Source: Zygnema circumcarinatum SAG 698-1b (taxonomy: Eukaryota > Plantae > Zygnematophyceae). Taken from it: a DNA stretch of 64,000 bases. The position numbers and the translations under genes are program-made. The notes under the pieces are model-generated. The model did not search any database and had not been told where the DNA came from. It saw nothing but the letters and a program-made list of their open reading frames with translations. This document shows positions 1 through 16,582 of the stretch, one piece after another (within the stretch, counting starts at the first letter, position 1; every line of letters begins with the position of its first letter). The stretch spans positions 1,449,492 to 1,513,491 of the forward strand of contig CM074822.1 of assembly GCA_037447605.1 (NCBI GenBank), given 5' to 3'.

Positions 1-3000
1 CCCTCCCCCTCCCCCCCCCTCCCCTTCCCTCTCCCCCTCCCCCTCCCCCCTCCCCCTCCCCCATCCCCCTCTCCCATCCCCCTCCCCCTCCCCTTCCCTC
101 CCTCTCCCCACTCCCTCGCCCCCCCGCCCCCTCTCCCCTCCCCTCCCCTCCCCCTCACCCCTCTCCCCCTCCCCTCCCCCTCCACCTCCCTCCCTCCCCT
201 CCCCCTCCTCTCCCTCCCTCCCTCCCTCCCTCCCTCCCTCCCCTCCCCTCCCCCTCCCCTCCCCCTCCCTCCCGCTCCCCCTCCCCCTCCCCCTCCCCCT
301 CCCCTCCCCCTCCCCCCTCCTCCACTTCCCCTCCCTCCCCTCCCCTCCCCCTCCCTCCCTCTCCTGCCCTCCCTGCCCTGGATCTGCCCTCCCTCCCTCC
401 CAGTCCCTTCCCCTCCCCTTATTGGGTCCCCCTCCCGACTCCCCCTCCCGCCTCTCATGCCCTCTCCCCCTCCCCATCCCCCTCCCTCTCCCCCTCCCCC
501 TCCCCATCCCCCTCCCCCTCCCCTCCACCTCCCCCTCCCCCTCCCCTCCCCTCCCCCTCCCTCCCCCCCTCCCTCCTCCCTCCCCCTCCCCCTCCCCCTC
601 CCTCCTCCCTCCCCTCCCCTCCCCTTCCCCCTCCCCCTCTCCCTCCCCCTCCCCCTCCCCGCCCCACTCACACTCCCTCTCCCTCTCCCTCCCCCTCCTC
701 CCTCCCCCTCACACCTCCCCCTCCCGCTGTCCTTCCCCATCCCTCTCCTCCATCCCCCTTTCCCCCTTCCCGCACCCCCCTCCCCTCCCCCTTCCCCTCC
801 CCTTAGCCTGCCCCTCGCCCTCCCTGTCCCCCTCCCCTCCCCCCACACCCACCCCCTCCCTCTCGCATACCCCTCCCGATCCCCTCCCCCCTCTCCCTTC
901 CCCTCCCCCTCCCCCTCCCCCCCCCTCCCCTTCCCTCTCCCCCTCCCCCTCCCCCCTCCCCCTCCCCCATCCCCCTCTCCATCCCTCCCCCTCCCCCTCC
1001 CCTCCCCTCTCCCCCTCCCTCACCCCCGCCCCTCTGCTGCCCCTCCCCTCCCTCACCCCTGCCCCTCCCTCCCCCCTCACCTCCCTCCCCTCCCCTCCCC
1101 CCTCCCCTTCCCTCTCCCCCTCTCCTCCTCCATCCCTACTCATCCCTACCCGTCCCCCTCAACCTCCGCCTCCACCCTCCCTCGCCCCTCCCCCTCCCCC
1201 TCTCCAACCCCCTCCCCAACCGCCTCCCACTCCCACTCCCCCTCCTCCTCCCCCACCCCCTCACCTTCCCCTCCACCTTCGCCTGCCCCTCCCCCTCCCT
1301 CTCCCTCTCCTCCCCCTCTCCCCCTCTCCCTGCCCCTCCCTCCCCCTGAACCTGCCCCCTCCCTCCCTCCCCATACCCCCTCCGCCTCCCTATGGGATCC
1401 CCCTCAACTTCCCTCCCGCCTCTCATGCCCCTCCCCCTCCCCATCCCCCCTCCTCTCCCCTCCCTCCCCATCCCCCTCCCCCTTCCCTCCACCTCCTCCC
1501 TCCCTCCCCTCCCCCTCCCTCCCCTCCCCCTCCCCTCACCCTCCCCCTCCCCCTCCCCCTCCCTCCCCTCCCTCCCTCTCCCTCCCCCTCCCCTCCCTCC
1601 CCCTCCCTCCTTCCCTCCCTCCCTCCCCCTCCCCCGCCCCACTCACACTCCTCCCCCCTCCCCCTCCCTCCCCTCCCCCTCCCCTCCCCCTCCCCCTCAC
1701 ACCTCCCCCTCCCGCTGTCCTTCCCCATCCCTCTCCTCCATCCCCCTTTCCCCCTTTCCCGCACCCCTCCCCCTCCCCCTCCCCCCTCCCCTTAGCCTGC
1801 CCTCACTCCCTCTCCCCCTCCCCCTCCCCCCACACCCACCCCCTCCCTCTCGCATACCCCTCCCGCTCCCCCTCCCCCTCCCTTCCCCTTCCTCCCCTCC
1901 CCTCCCCCCTCCCCTTCCCTCTCCCTCCCCCTCCCCCTCCCCCTCCCCCATCCCCCTCTCCCGTCCCTCCCCCTCCCCCTCCCCTCCCTCTCCCCCTCCC
2001 TCGCCCCCCACCCTCTCCTCCCCTCCCTCCCTCACCCCTCCCTCCCCCTCCCGCCTGGTCCCCCTCTCCGTCCCCTGCCCCATCCCCCTCGACCTCCACC
2101 CTCCACCCTCCCCTCGCCCCTCCCCCTCCCCCTCTCCAACCCCCTCCCCAACCGCCTCCCACTCCCACTCCCCCTCCTCCTCCCCCACCCCCTCACCTTC
2201 CCCTCCACCTTCGCCTGCCCCTCTCCCTCCCTCTCCCTCTCCTCCTCCCCCTCCCCCTCCCCCTCTCCCTGCCCCTGCCCCTGCCCCTGAACCTGCCCCT
2301 CCCCCTCCCCCTCCCCATCCCCCTCCGCCTCCCCCTATACGATCCCCCTCCCAACTCCCCCTCCCGCCTCGTCATTCCCCCTCCCCCTCCCCATCCCCCT
2401 CCCCCCCTCCCCCCTCCCCCTCCCCCTCCCCCCTCCCTCCCTCCTCCTCCCTCCTCCCTCCCTTCCCTCCTCCTCCTCCTCCTCCTCCTCCCCTCCCCCT
2501 CCTCCCTCCCTCCCTCCCCTCCCTCTCCCTCCCCCTCCCCTCCCCCTCCCCTCCCCTCCCTCCCTCCTCCCTGGCTCCCCTCCCTCCCTCCCCTCCCCTC
2601 CCCTCCCCTGTCCCCCTTCCCCTCCCCTCCCCTCCCCCTCTCCCCATCCCACTCCCCCCTCCTGCAGTCCCCAACCCCTCCCCCTCCCTCCACCCTCGCT
2701 GCCTCCCTCCCTCCCTCTCCCCCTCCCTCCCCCTCCCCCTCCCCCTTCCCCTCCCCCTCCCCTCCCTCCCCTCCCCCTCCCCTCCCCCCTCCACCTCCCC
2801 CTCCCCCTCCCTCACCCTCCCCTCCCCCTTCCCTCCGCCTGCCCTCCCTGTCCCCTCCCCCTCCCCCCACCTCCCCTCCCTCTCCCCCACCCCTCCCTCC
2901 CCTCGCCCTCCCTGCCCCTCCCTCCCCGCCCCCCACTCTGCCTCTTCCCTCCCCTTTCCCTCCCTCCCCCTCCCCCCTCCTCCCCTTCCCCTCCCCCTCC

Positions 3001-5380
3001 CTCCCCCTCCCCCTCCCCACTCCCACTCCCCACTCCCACTCTGAACGCCTTCCCTCCCTCCCCCTCCCTCCCCCTCCCCTTCCCAACTCAACCTCCGCCC
3101 TCCACCCTCCCTGGCCCTCCCCCTCTCCCTCCACCTCCCCTCCCCTCCCCTCCCCTTCACTCCCTTCCCCCTCCTCTCCCTCTCCCCTCCCTCCCTCCCC
3201 TTCCCCTTACCCCTCGCCTGCCCTCCCTCTCTTCTCCCCCACCCCTTTCCCTCCCCCTCCCCCCTTCCCTCCCCCTCCCCCTCCCAATCACCCTCCCTGC
3301 CCCTCTCCCTCCGCCTCCCTCCCCTCTCCCCCTCCTCCCCCCACCCCCTCCCCCTCCTCTCCCTCCCCTCCCTCCCTCCTCTCCTCCCTCCTCCACTCCC
3401 TTCTCCTCCCCCTCCCTCCCTCCCCCCTCCCCTCCCTCCCCCTTCCCTGCCCCTCCCTCCCTCCCTCCCCCTCCCCCTCCTCTCCCTCCCCCCACTCCCC
3501 TTCTCCCCTGCCCTCCCCCTTCCCTCTCCCCCCCTCCCCCCCTCCCCCTCCCCCTCCCCCTCCCTCATCCCCCTCCCCTCCCCCCCTACCCCTCCCTCCC
3601 CCTACCCCTCCCTCCCCTCCCCTCCCCTCCACCTCCTCCCTCCCCTCCCCTCCCTCCCTCCCTCCCTCCCTCGCCCTCCCCCTCCCCACCCCCTCCCCTT
3701 CCCTCCCTCCCCTTCCCCTCCCTCCCCCTCCCACCCCCCTCCCCCTCCCTCCCCCTCCCTTCCCCAGCTCCCCCTCCCCCTCCCACTCCTCCCTCCCTCC
3801 CTCCCCCTCACCCTCCCCCTCCGCCTCCGCCTCCCTCCCCCACCCCTCCCCTTCCTCCCTCCTCCCGCCCCCCTCCTACCCCTCCCTCCTTCCACTCCCC
3901 TCCCTCGCTCTCCTCCCTCCCTCCCTCCCCTCACCCTCCTGCCTCCACCTCGCCTCCCCTCCCCTCCCTCCCTCCCTCCCTCCCTCCCCCTCCCCTCCCC
4001 CCTCCCCTCCCCCTCCCCCTCCCTCCCCCTCCCTCCCTCCTCCCCCTCCCTCCCCCTCCCCTCCCCCTCCCCCTCCCCCTCCCTCGCCTCCCCTCCCCCT
4101 CCCACTCCCCTCCCCCTCCCCGCTCTCCCTCCCTCCCCTCCCCTTCCCTCCCCTCCCCCTCCCCCTCCCCCTCCTCTCACCCTCCCATCTCCCTCCCCTC
4201 CCCTCCCCTCCACCTTTTATGCCCCTCCTTCCCCCTCCTCCTCCCTCCCCTCCCCCTCCCCTCCCCCTCCGCCTCCCCTCCCCTCCCCCTCCCCCATCCC
4301 CCTCTCCTTCCCCTCCCCCTCTCCCTCCCTCCCCTCCCCCTTCGCCTCCCCTCCCCCTCCCCCTCAATCCCTCTCCCCCTCCCCGTCCACCTCCCCCCCT
4401 ACCCCTCCCCCATCCCCCTCCCCCTCCCCCTCCCCCTCCCCCTCCCCCTCCCCCTCGCCCTCCCTCCCCCTCCCCCGTCCCCTCCTGCCTGTCCTGTCCT
4501 GCCCCTCCCCATGCCCCTCCCCTGCTCCCTGCCCCTGCCCCTGCCCCTGCCCCTGCCCTGCCCTGCCCTGCCCCTGCCCCTGTCCCTGCCCCTGCCCCAG
4601 CCCCTGCCCCTGCCCCTGCCCCTGCCCCTGCGCCTGCCCCTGCCCCTTCCCCCTGCCCCTGCCCCTCCCCCTTGCCCTTCCCCTCCCCTTCCCCATGGCC
4701 CCTGTCTGTGCCTCCCCTCCTCCTGCCCTGGACCTCCACTGCCCTCCCCTCCCCCTCCCTCCCTCCCTCCTCCTCCTCCCCCTCCTGCCTCCTCCCTGCC
4801 TCCCCTCCCTCCCCTCCCCTGCCTTCCCCCTCCCCTCCCCTCCCCTCCTCCTCTCCCTCCCCTCCCCTCCCCTCCCTCCCTCTCCTCCCTCCCTGCCCCT
4901 CCCCTCCCCTCCTCCTCCCTGTCCTGCCCTGCCCCGGCCCCTGCCCCTCCTCTCCCTCCTCAGCCTGCCCTCCCTCCCCCTGCCTCCCTCCCTTGCCCTT
5001 CCCCTCCCCCTTCCCGTGGCCCCCTGCTCTGCTCCTGCTATCCTGACCTTCAGCTTGCCCCTCCCCTCCCCTCTCCCTCCTCCTCCTGCCCCTCCCTCCC
5101 CTTCCCCTGCCCTTCCCTCCCCTCCCCTCCCCTTCCCTTCCCTGTCCCTGCCCCTCCCCTCCTCTCCCTCCCCTCCCTCCCCTCCCCTGCCCCTGCCCCT
5201 GCCCCTGCCCCTGCCCCTGCCCCTCCCTCCGCCTGCCTCCCTCCCCCTCCCCTGCCCCTCCCTTGCCCTTCCCTCCCTTCCCGTCACCCCCTCCTCTCTC
5301 ATCCTCCTGCTCCTGATCCCGCGCTTGCCCCTTCCTCTCCCAAACCCTGCCCCAGCCCTTTTGCCCTGCCCTGCTTCCAG
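1..5380. repeat. Giant polypyrimidine (C/T-rich) low-complexity tract with an internal ~0.95 kb higher-order repeat; probably intronic to the OSCA/ERD4 gene
   Basis: Almost only C/T on the + strand (CCCCT/CCCTC/CCCTG motifs). Landmarks recur at ~421/1391/2336, 711/1699 and 1200/2132. Ends in a ctgcttccAG acceptor-like site at 5380. Confidence 0.9.
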
Positions 5381-5511
5381 GGAGCTGGCAAGTGACTCGC
5401 TCTTCGAACCTNNNNNNNNNNNNNNNNNNNNNNNNNNNNNNNNNNNNNNNNNNNNNNNNNNNNNNNNNNNNNNNNNNNNNNNNNNNNNNNNNNNNNNNNN
5501 NNNNNNNNNNN

Positions 5512-9753
<4,242 letters not shown>

Positions 9754-12299
9754 TAATATTGTTTCAAGGCGTTTTCTTGGACTTTTCGACGACACGTAAG
9801 TGTCCGTACGAGGCTCAATTGTACGAAAATTGGACAGATTAAATGTCGGTTGCCCTTTCGATTAAATGAACGGTCCAGATTTACCGGCGCTAGGAAGATT
9901 CGAATCCTACGAAAGGAAGCGTGCAATGGATACGTTAAGATTGCAAAAGGACAAATCGTAGGACGTGGCTGGACATGACTGGTGGAATACTGTACGGATG
10001 GTCATACACGTGTGACGGTGATTGACGGTTCGACGGGCCGCCAGTTGGCGTTTCGGAACGGGAGGCGGAGAGGGAGAGAGGAGAGGGAGAGGGGGGAGAG
10101 GGAGTGGAAGTGAGGAGGGAGACGGGACAGGAGGAGAGGGAGGGAGAGAAGGGGAGAGAGGGAAGGGCAAAGGACGAGAGAGGGAGGGAGGCAGAGGGAG
10201 AGAAAAGGGAAGAGAGGGAAAGGGAGAGATAGAAAGAGAGGGAGAGGGGGAAAGGTTGAGAGAGAAAGAGAGGGAGAGGGGGGAAGGTCGAGAAAGGGAA
10301 AGGTCGAGAGAGGGAGGGAGAGAGGGAGAGGGAGAGGGGGAGGGATCGAGAGAGGGGCGAAAATAGAGAAGGAGAGAAAGCGTGAAGGCGAGGAGAGGGT
10401 GAGAGAGGAGAGTGACAAGGGAGTGGAGGAGAGAGACAAGGAGGGAGCGGGGTAGGAGAAGAGGGAGGACAGGAGTGTGAGAGAGAGAGAGGGAGAGGGA
10501 GTGAGAGGAAGTATGGGCCCGTGTCTGTCAACGTCGTCTGGAGAGTGTCGACGTGTCGACTCCATCGGTCAGTTTGTACCTCCAACTCAGATCGAAATTT
10601 CTTTTTGTACATTTATTATTGTGGCAGATCTAAATTTAATTAATCAAATTTGCTTTATTCCGAGGTGGATTTTTAATTCTCTCCATTTTTAAAAAATGGA
10701 AGTCAATTTAAGACGGAGGAAGTAGGGAGGGAATTGGGGAAAGGAGAGGAAGGCAAAAGGGTAAGAGAGAGAGCGGGAGAGAAGGGGAGCGGGCGAGAGA
10801 GAGAATGGGGGAAAGAAGGGGAGGGGGAGAGGGAGTGGGAGAGAGGGAGTGGGAGAGGGAGAGAATGGGATGTTGAGAGGGAGAGGGAGAGGCAGTGGGA
10901 GAGTGGGAGGGAGAGAGGGAGTGGGAGAGGGAGAGAAGGGGGAAGAGAGAGGGAGAGGGTGAGAGGGAGTGGGAGAGGGAGAGAAGGGGAGGGGGAGAGA
11001 GAGAGAGGGAGGGGTAGAGGGAGAGGGAGAGAGAGGGAGTGGGAGAGGGAGAGAAGGGNNNNNNNNNNGGAGAGGGAGAGGGAGAGGGAGAGGGAGAGAG
11101 GGGATGGGAGAGGGAGAGAGGGGGTGGGAGAGGAAGGGAAGGGGAGGGGGAGAGGACGGGACAGAGGGAAGGGAGAGCAGCGAGGGTCGAGAGAGAGTGC
11201 AGCGGAGGGAGGGTGAGTTAGCGAGGGAGAGAGATGGAAAGAGCGAGAGAGGGGAGAGAGAGGACAGAACAGAGGGAAGAGATCAGTGAGGGGACGAGCC
11301 GGATGGAGGGATAAAGAGGGAGTACTGATTAAGGGAGAAGAGGGAGGGGAGGGGCAGAGAGAGGGAGATGAGAGAGCGAAGCGGAGGGGGGCGGAGGCTG
11401 GACGGGATAGAAGGGATAGGGACAACAAGGGGCGAGTAAGGGAGGGCGGAGACAGTTATGTAGAGAGTGAGAGAGACAGAGACAGAGACAGAGACAGAGA
11501 GAGAGAGAGGGGGTTTCAGAGAACTTGATAGAAGGAACACTAGAACGAGGCGTGGGAGTGGAGGGGAGTAGTGGGGGTAAGTGAGAGGTGTTGGGGGTTG
11601 GAGAGAGAGAGAGATAGGGAGATAGAAAGAGAGTGAGAGAGGTGTGGAGAGCAGGTCTATTGCCGCAGTAGCGTAGCGATACAGCTCATCTGTGACGTAG
11701 CCCCAAACTGTGGATTCTGAATCTTCTCATTCTCCTCCTCCCTTCCCTCAAAAATTAAACGCATTTATCGCCATTTTCTCTTTTTTTCCTTCTCACACAT
11801 CTTCCCTTGCATTTCCACACCCCGCCTCCCTCCCTCCCTCCCCCCTTTCCTTCTCCTTTCCCTCTCCCCTCTCCCTCCCTTCCCTCCCTCCCTCTCTCCC
11901 TCCTCTCCCTCCTCTCCTTCCCCCTCTCCCTCCCTCCCCCTCCCCCCCCCTCTCCTTCTTCTCTCCCTCCCTCCTCCCCTTCTTCTCTCCCTCCCCCCTT
12001 TCCTTCTCCTTTCCCTCTCCCCTCTCCCTCCCTTCCCCTCCCTCCCCCCTCTCCTTCTCCTCTCCCTCCCCCTCTCTCCTTCCCCCCTCTCCCTCCCTCC
12101 CCCTCCCCCCCCCTCTCCTTCTTCTCTCCCTCCCCCTTCCCTCCCTCCCTCCTCCCCCTCCCTCCCCTCCCTCCCCCTCCCCCTTCTCCTCTCCCTCCCC
12201 CTCTCCCTCCCTCCTCCCCCTCCCTCCACCCCCCCTCTCTCTTCCGTAATCAACTTCCCTGCATCTGTTTTACGGTCTGTTTAACTGAACTGCGTGCAG

Positions 12300-15200
12300 T
12301 GAACCCGGCGGCCCTGCACGACCCCTCCTCTCACAAACGCCTTCACGAGGAGGGCCTCCGCGATGCCGCGCTGGCACGACTCCCGGACCGCCACGTGGCA
12401 TCGGGACGCCACGTGGCATCTGGGCGGCGCGGAGTGGCCTGTCTGTATTCGCGCCCGGGACAGAAGGGGCCAAACCAGGACACTATGCTCGTGTGGGAGG
12501 TGGGCCTCTCTCTCTCTCTCTCTCTCTTTCTCTCCTCTCTCCTCTCTCTCTCTCCTCTCTCTGCTCTCTCTCTCTCTGTCTCTCTCTCTCTGTCTGGACC
12601 CCTCTCCGCACTGTCTCTCTGTCTGCTCCTCCCTCCCTATCAGCCCCTCTCTCTCTCCGTCTGTCTCACTTTGTCTGCACCTCTCTCTGACTCCTCTCGC
12701 TCTGTCAGGCCCCTTTCCCTTTGGTTTCTGTCGGCCCCTCTCTCACACCCTCTCTCTCTCTCACCCTTCCCCTCCCTCTGTCTGCCCGTCTCTTTCCCGG
12801 TCTACCCTCTCTCACTCCGTTTCTCCCTGTCCCCTTCCTCCTTCTCTATCTTTTTCCCCCCACGCTCACTTTCTATCTATCCCACTCTCGCACTATCACT
12901 CGTTGTCTGCCCCATCCTCCCCTCTCTCTGCGACTGTCCTTCACTTCTTCTGTCCCCTCTCTCCCTCTCTCCCTCTTTGTCTCTGTCTTCTCCTACCCTC
13001 TTTCTCTCTATCTGCCCCTACTTCTCGTCTCTCCCCATTCCCTTTCTCTGACTTTCCTCACTCGTTCTCTCTCTCTGTCTGTCCCTCACTCGCTCCATGC
13101 CTGTCTCTCACACAAAATCAATACCTCTCTCCTAATCTTACGCCGTTCTCCCTCTACCCCCCTCCCTCTCACTTTCCCTCTACCCCCTCTCCCCCTTCCA
13201 TTCCCCCTTTCTCTCCCATTCCGACTCTTTCTCTCTCGCTCCTCCTCTTCCTCTCTTCTCCCCTCTCTCCCATATTCCTATCTCACTCCCACTTCAACTC
13301 TCTCCTCTCTCTCTTCTCTCTCCTCTCTTCCCCTCTCTCCACTCTCTCCCCCCCCTCACTCCACTCCCCCACCCTTTCTCTCTCACCCCCTCTCCCTCTC
13401 TCTCCACTGTATCTTCTCCCCCCCTCTCTCCACTCTCTCCCCCCACTCACTCCACTCTCCCCCCCTCTCTCTTACCCCCTCTCTCTCCCCCCCCTCAACC
13501 TCTCTCTCCACTGTATCTTCTCCCCCCCTCTCTCCACTTTCTTCCCCCACTCACTCCACTCTCCCCCCCTCTCGCTCACCCCCCCTCTCTCTCTCCCCCC
13601 TCAACCTTTCTCTCCACTGTATCGGCTCCCCCCCTCTCTCCACTCTCTCCCCCCACTCCCTCCACTCTCACCCCCTCTCTCTCACCCCCCCTCTCTCTCT
13701 CCCCCCTCAACCTCTCTCTCCACTGTGTCTTCTCCCCCCACTCACCCCACTCTCCCCCCCTCTCTCTCCCCCCTCTCTCTCCCTCCCTCTCTCCCTCCTT
13801 CCAGAACTTCCTATCTCAGCCCGGCACCACCCTCCTCGGAGTATTTGACGGCCATGGCAAGTACGGACACATCGTTTCAAAGCGAGTCCGAGACTCTCTA
13901 GCCACTCACATTCACCACACGTGGCACAGGGCGCTCTCATTGGACGATCTCAACGCTGAAACCACAACACAATCCCCAAAAATCGACAAAACCGAATCCT
14001 CCGATACGGGCAGCCCCAGCCTGACCGAGAAAACTTTGGGCAGCCCGTTCAGCAGCTCCGAGAAGCTGAACTTGGACCCTGATTGGTCCGACGAAGCTTT
14101 TCCGTCGGAAAATTTGTGGCGAGAAATTTTGGTGTCCGCTTTTGGGGAGATGGAGAGGGAGGTGAGGCGACATCCGCAGCTCGATCCGTACGCGAGTGGG
14201 GCAGCGGCGGTGCTGGCAATACGGCAGGTGAGGGAGGGAGGGAGGGAGGGAGGGAGGGAGAGAGAGGGAGGGAGGGATGGAGGGAGGGGCTGTTGGAGAG
14301 GGGCTGTAGGAGAGGTGGTGTGGCAGAGGTTGAGGGAGGTGTGGGAGAGGGGCTGTGGGAGAGGTGGTGTGGGAGAGGTGTGGGAGAGGTGTGGGAGAGG
14401 TGTGGGAGAGGTGTGGGAGAGGTTGAGAGAGGTGTGGGCGAGGGGCTGTGGGAGAGGTGGTGTGGGAGAGGTGTGGGAGAGGTGAGGCTGAGGCTAAGCC
14501 ATGCAAGCAGTAAATCACCCTTTCACCATTGTTATTTCGGCAAGCGAGGGATGCTGAATAGGACTCACATGATTCCTACTTGGTTTCATACTCCCTTTTT
14601 TTTTTTTTTTTGGACAGGGCTTCAATATGTTCTAAGCCCATGTGGGAGATTGGTTTCATAATTCCTTTTTTTTTTCTTTGTTTTTTTTCTTGAGGCAGGG
14701 CAAAAATATGGTGTTAGCCCATGTGGGAGATTGCCGGGCAGTTCTCGCGAGTTCTGGTGAAACAGAGGGTTCGCTCACAGCGCAACAACTCACGGTTGAC
14801 CACAAACTATGCATCCCCGGTAGGCAATCCATACCTTATTTCGTACTACCTTCATCTTATCACCCTTCTCCTCCCTCCCACTCTCCCTTCCTCCTCTCCA
14901 TCTCCCACTCCCACTCTCTGCTCTCCCTCCTCCCTCCTCCCTCTACCCCTCTCTGTCTACCTCCTCTCCTTCTCCCTCCCTATCTCCCCCCCCCTTGCCA
15001 TTTTTACCTCCCCTCCCCCCTCCCCCACCCTCTCACTGCCCTCTTCTACCCTCACTTCTCCCTCCCCCCCCCCTACTCTCCTACTCTCCCACTCTCCCAC
15101 TCTCCCACTCTCCCACTCCCCCCCCTCCCACTCTCCCACTCTCCCACTCTCCCACTCTCCACTCTCCTCCCTCCCACTCTCCCACTCCCCCCCCTCCCAN

Positions 15201-16582
15201 NNNNNNNNNCCCCCCTCCCCCCCTCCCCCCCCACCCTCCCACACCCCTCTTCTACCCTCAATTCTCCCCCATTCTTTCCCTTTCTTTTTCCTTCCTTTCC
15301 GTACAGCCGAAAGCCGTAGAATCCGCGAAGCCAATGGCCGCATTTTCGCACTACACGACGAACCGAACGTTCTGAGGGCGTGGACCCCTGAGGAGATGAC
15401 ACCTGGCCTCGCGATGTCGCGTGCTTTTGGGGACTCCGTACTGAAGGAATTCGGATTGTCCGCAGAGCCGTCAGTTATAAGGAGAAGGCTGGAGAGGGGG
15501 GACAAGTTCGTTATTGCGGCAACGGATGGGGTGAGGGAGAGGGAGAGGGAGAGGGGNNNNNNNNNNGAGGAGGGGGAGGGAGACGGGGGAGAGGCAGAGG
15601 GGACGAGAGGGGGGGGAGGGGGGGGGGGTGGTCTTGGAGTTCCATGTGGGGGGAGGGCGTTGGTGCAGGGTTGGCAAGACAGGGGGGGGAAGGTGGTGGG
15701 GAAAGAGAGGGGAGGGGGGTGGGGGGGAGGTACAAATGGGAAGGGGGGGGGTGGGGATATAGGGAGGGAGAGGGAGAGGAGGTAGACAGGGAGGGGTAGA
15801 GTGAGGAGGGAGAAGGGAGAGCAGAGAGCGGGAGTGGGAGATGGAGAGGAGGGAAGGAGAGGAGAGAGAGAGGTAGCCATTACACTTGAAATGCATGCTT
15901 TTCACATACGACAACTTCATGGTTTAACGCTCATGGCATCTCCATAAAACCCCAAAATGTTGCCCCAGAAGCTGACACGTGGCACGTTCTGAAGCTGACA
16001 CGTGGCACTTTCTCTTGCTGCCAGCTGTGGGATGTGATGTCCAATGAGGAGGCCATTCAGATAGCGGCAAAAGAAGGTGTGAACGCTGCCGAAAAATTAG
16101 TTAGTGAAGCATGTTATAGATGGGCGAAAAATTACCCCACTTCTAAGAGGGACGACTGCACAGTGGTAGTGCTCTTTTTCGATATCTACGACTCCGATTC
16201 TGAACGAGAAAGAGTGATAGTTTCGAGCCATGGGAGTCCCGAAAAGGAAAATAATTTCGAAGTTGAAGGGGCTGCAAATGTGGTGGAGATGGGGGAGGGA
16301 GAGGGGGAGGGGGAGAAGACAAGGGAGAGGGAGAGGGAGAGGGAGGGGGAGGGGGAGAAGACAAGAGAGAGGGAGAGGGAGGGAGAGGGGGAGAGGGGGG
16401 GAAAGGGGGAGGGAGAGGGGGAGGGAGAGGAGGAGGGAGAGGGGGAGAGAGGGGGTCTATTAGGGGTACCAAGCTCGGACTCTTCGCTTCCTCCCAGACT
16501 CTCAAGTTATAAGAGAACAGATATCCAAAGCACTTTCACGGAGTCGGATGAAATTGCAAAGGAAATAAATAGTCCAAGATAG
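12300..16582 (+). CDS. Protein phosphatase 2C (PPM), plant clade E (EGR-like); exons 12300-12499, 13805-14227, 14699-14819, 15307-15530, 16025-16582; start exon not identified
   Basis: Motifs ACLYSRPGQKGPNQDTMLVWE, GVFDGHG, SGAAAV, AHVGDCRAV, LTVDHK, PGLAMSRAFGDSVLKEFG, ATDG|LWDVMSNEE, DDCTVVVLF. All junctions are GT-AG with compatible phases (0,0,1,0). Confidence 0.93.

Noticed and set aside
5381-5411. Possible OSCA exon start (ELASDSLFEP) before the 100-N gap
   Set aside because: An acceptor is present but 31 nt is too short to match ERD4 confidently
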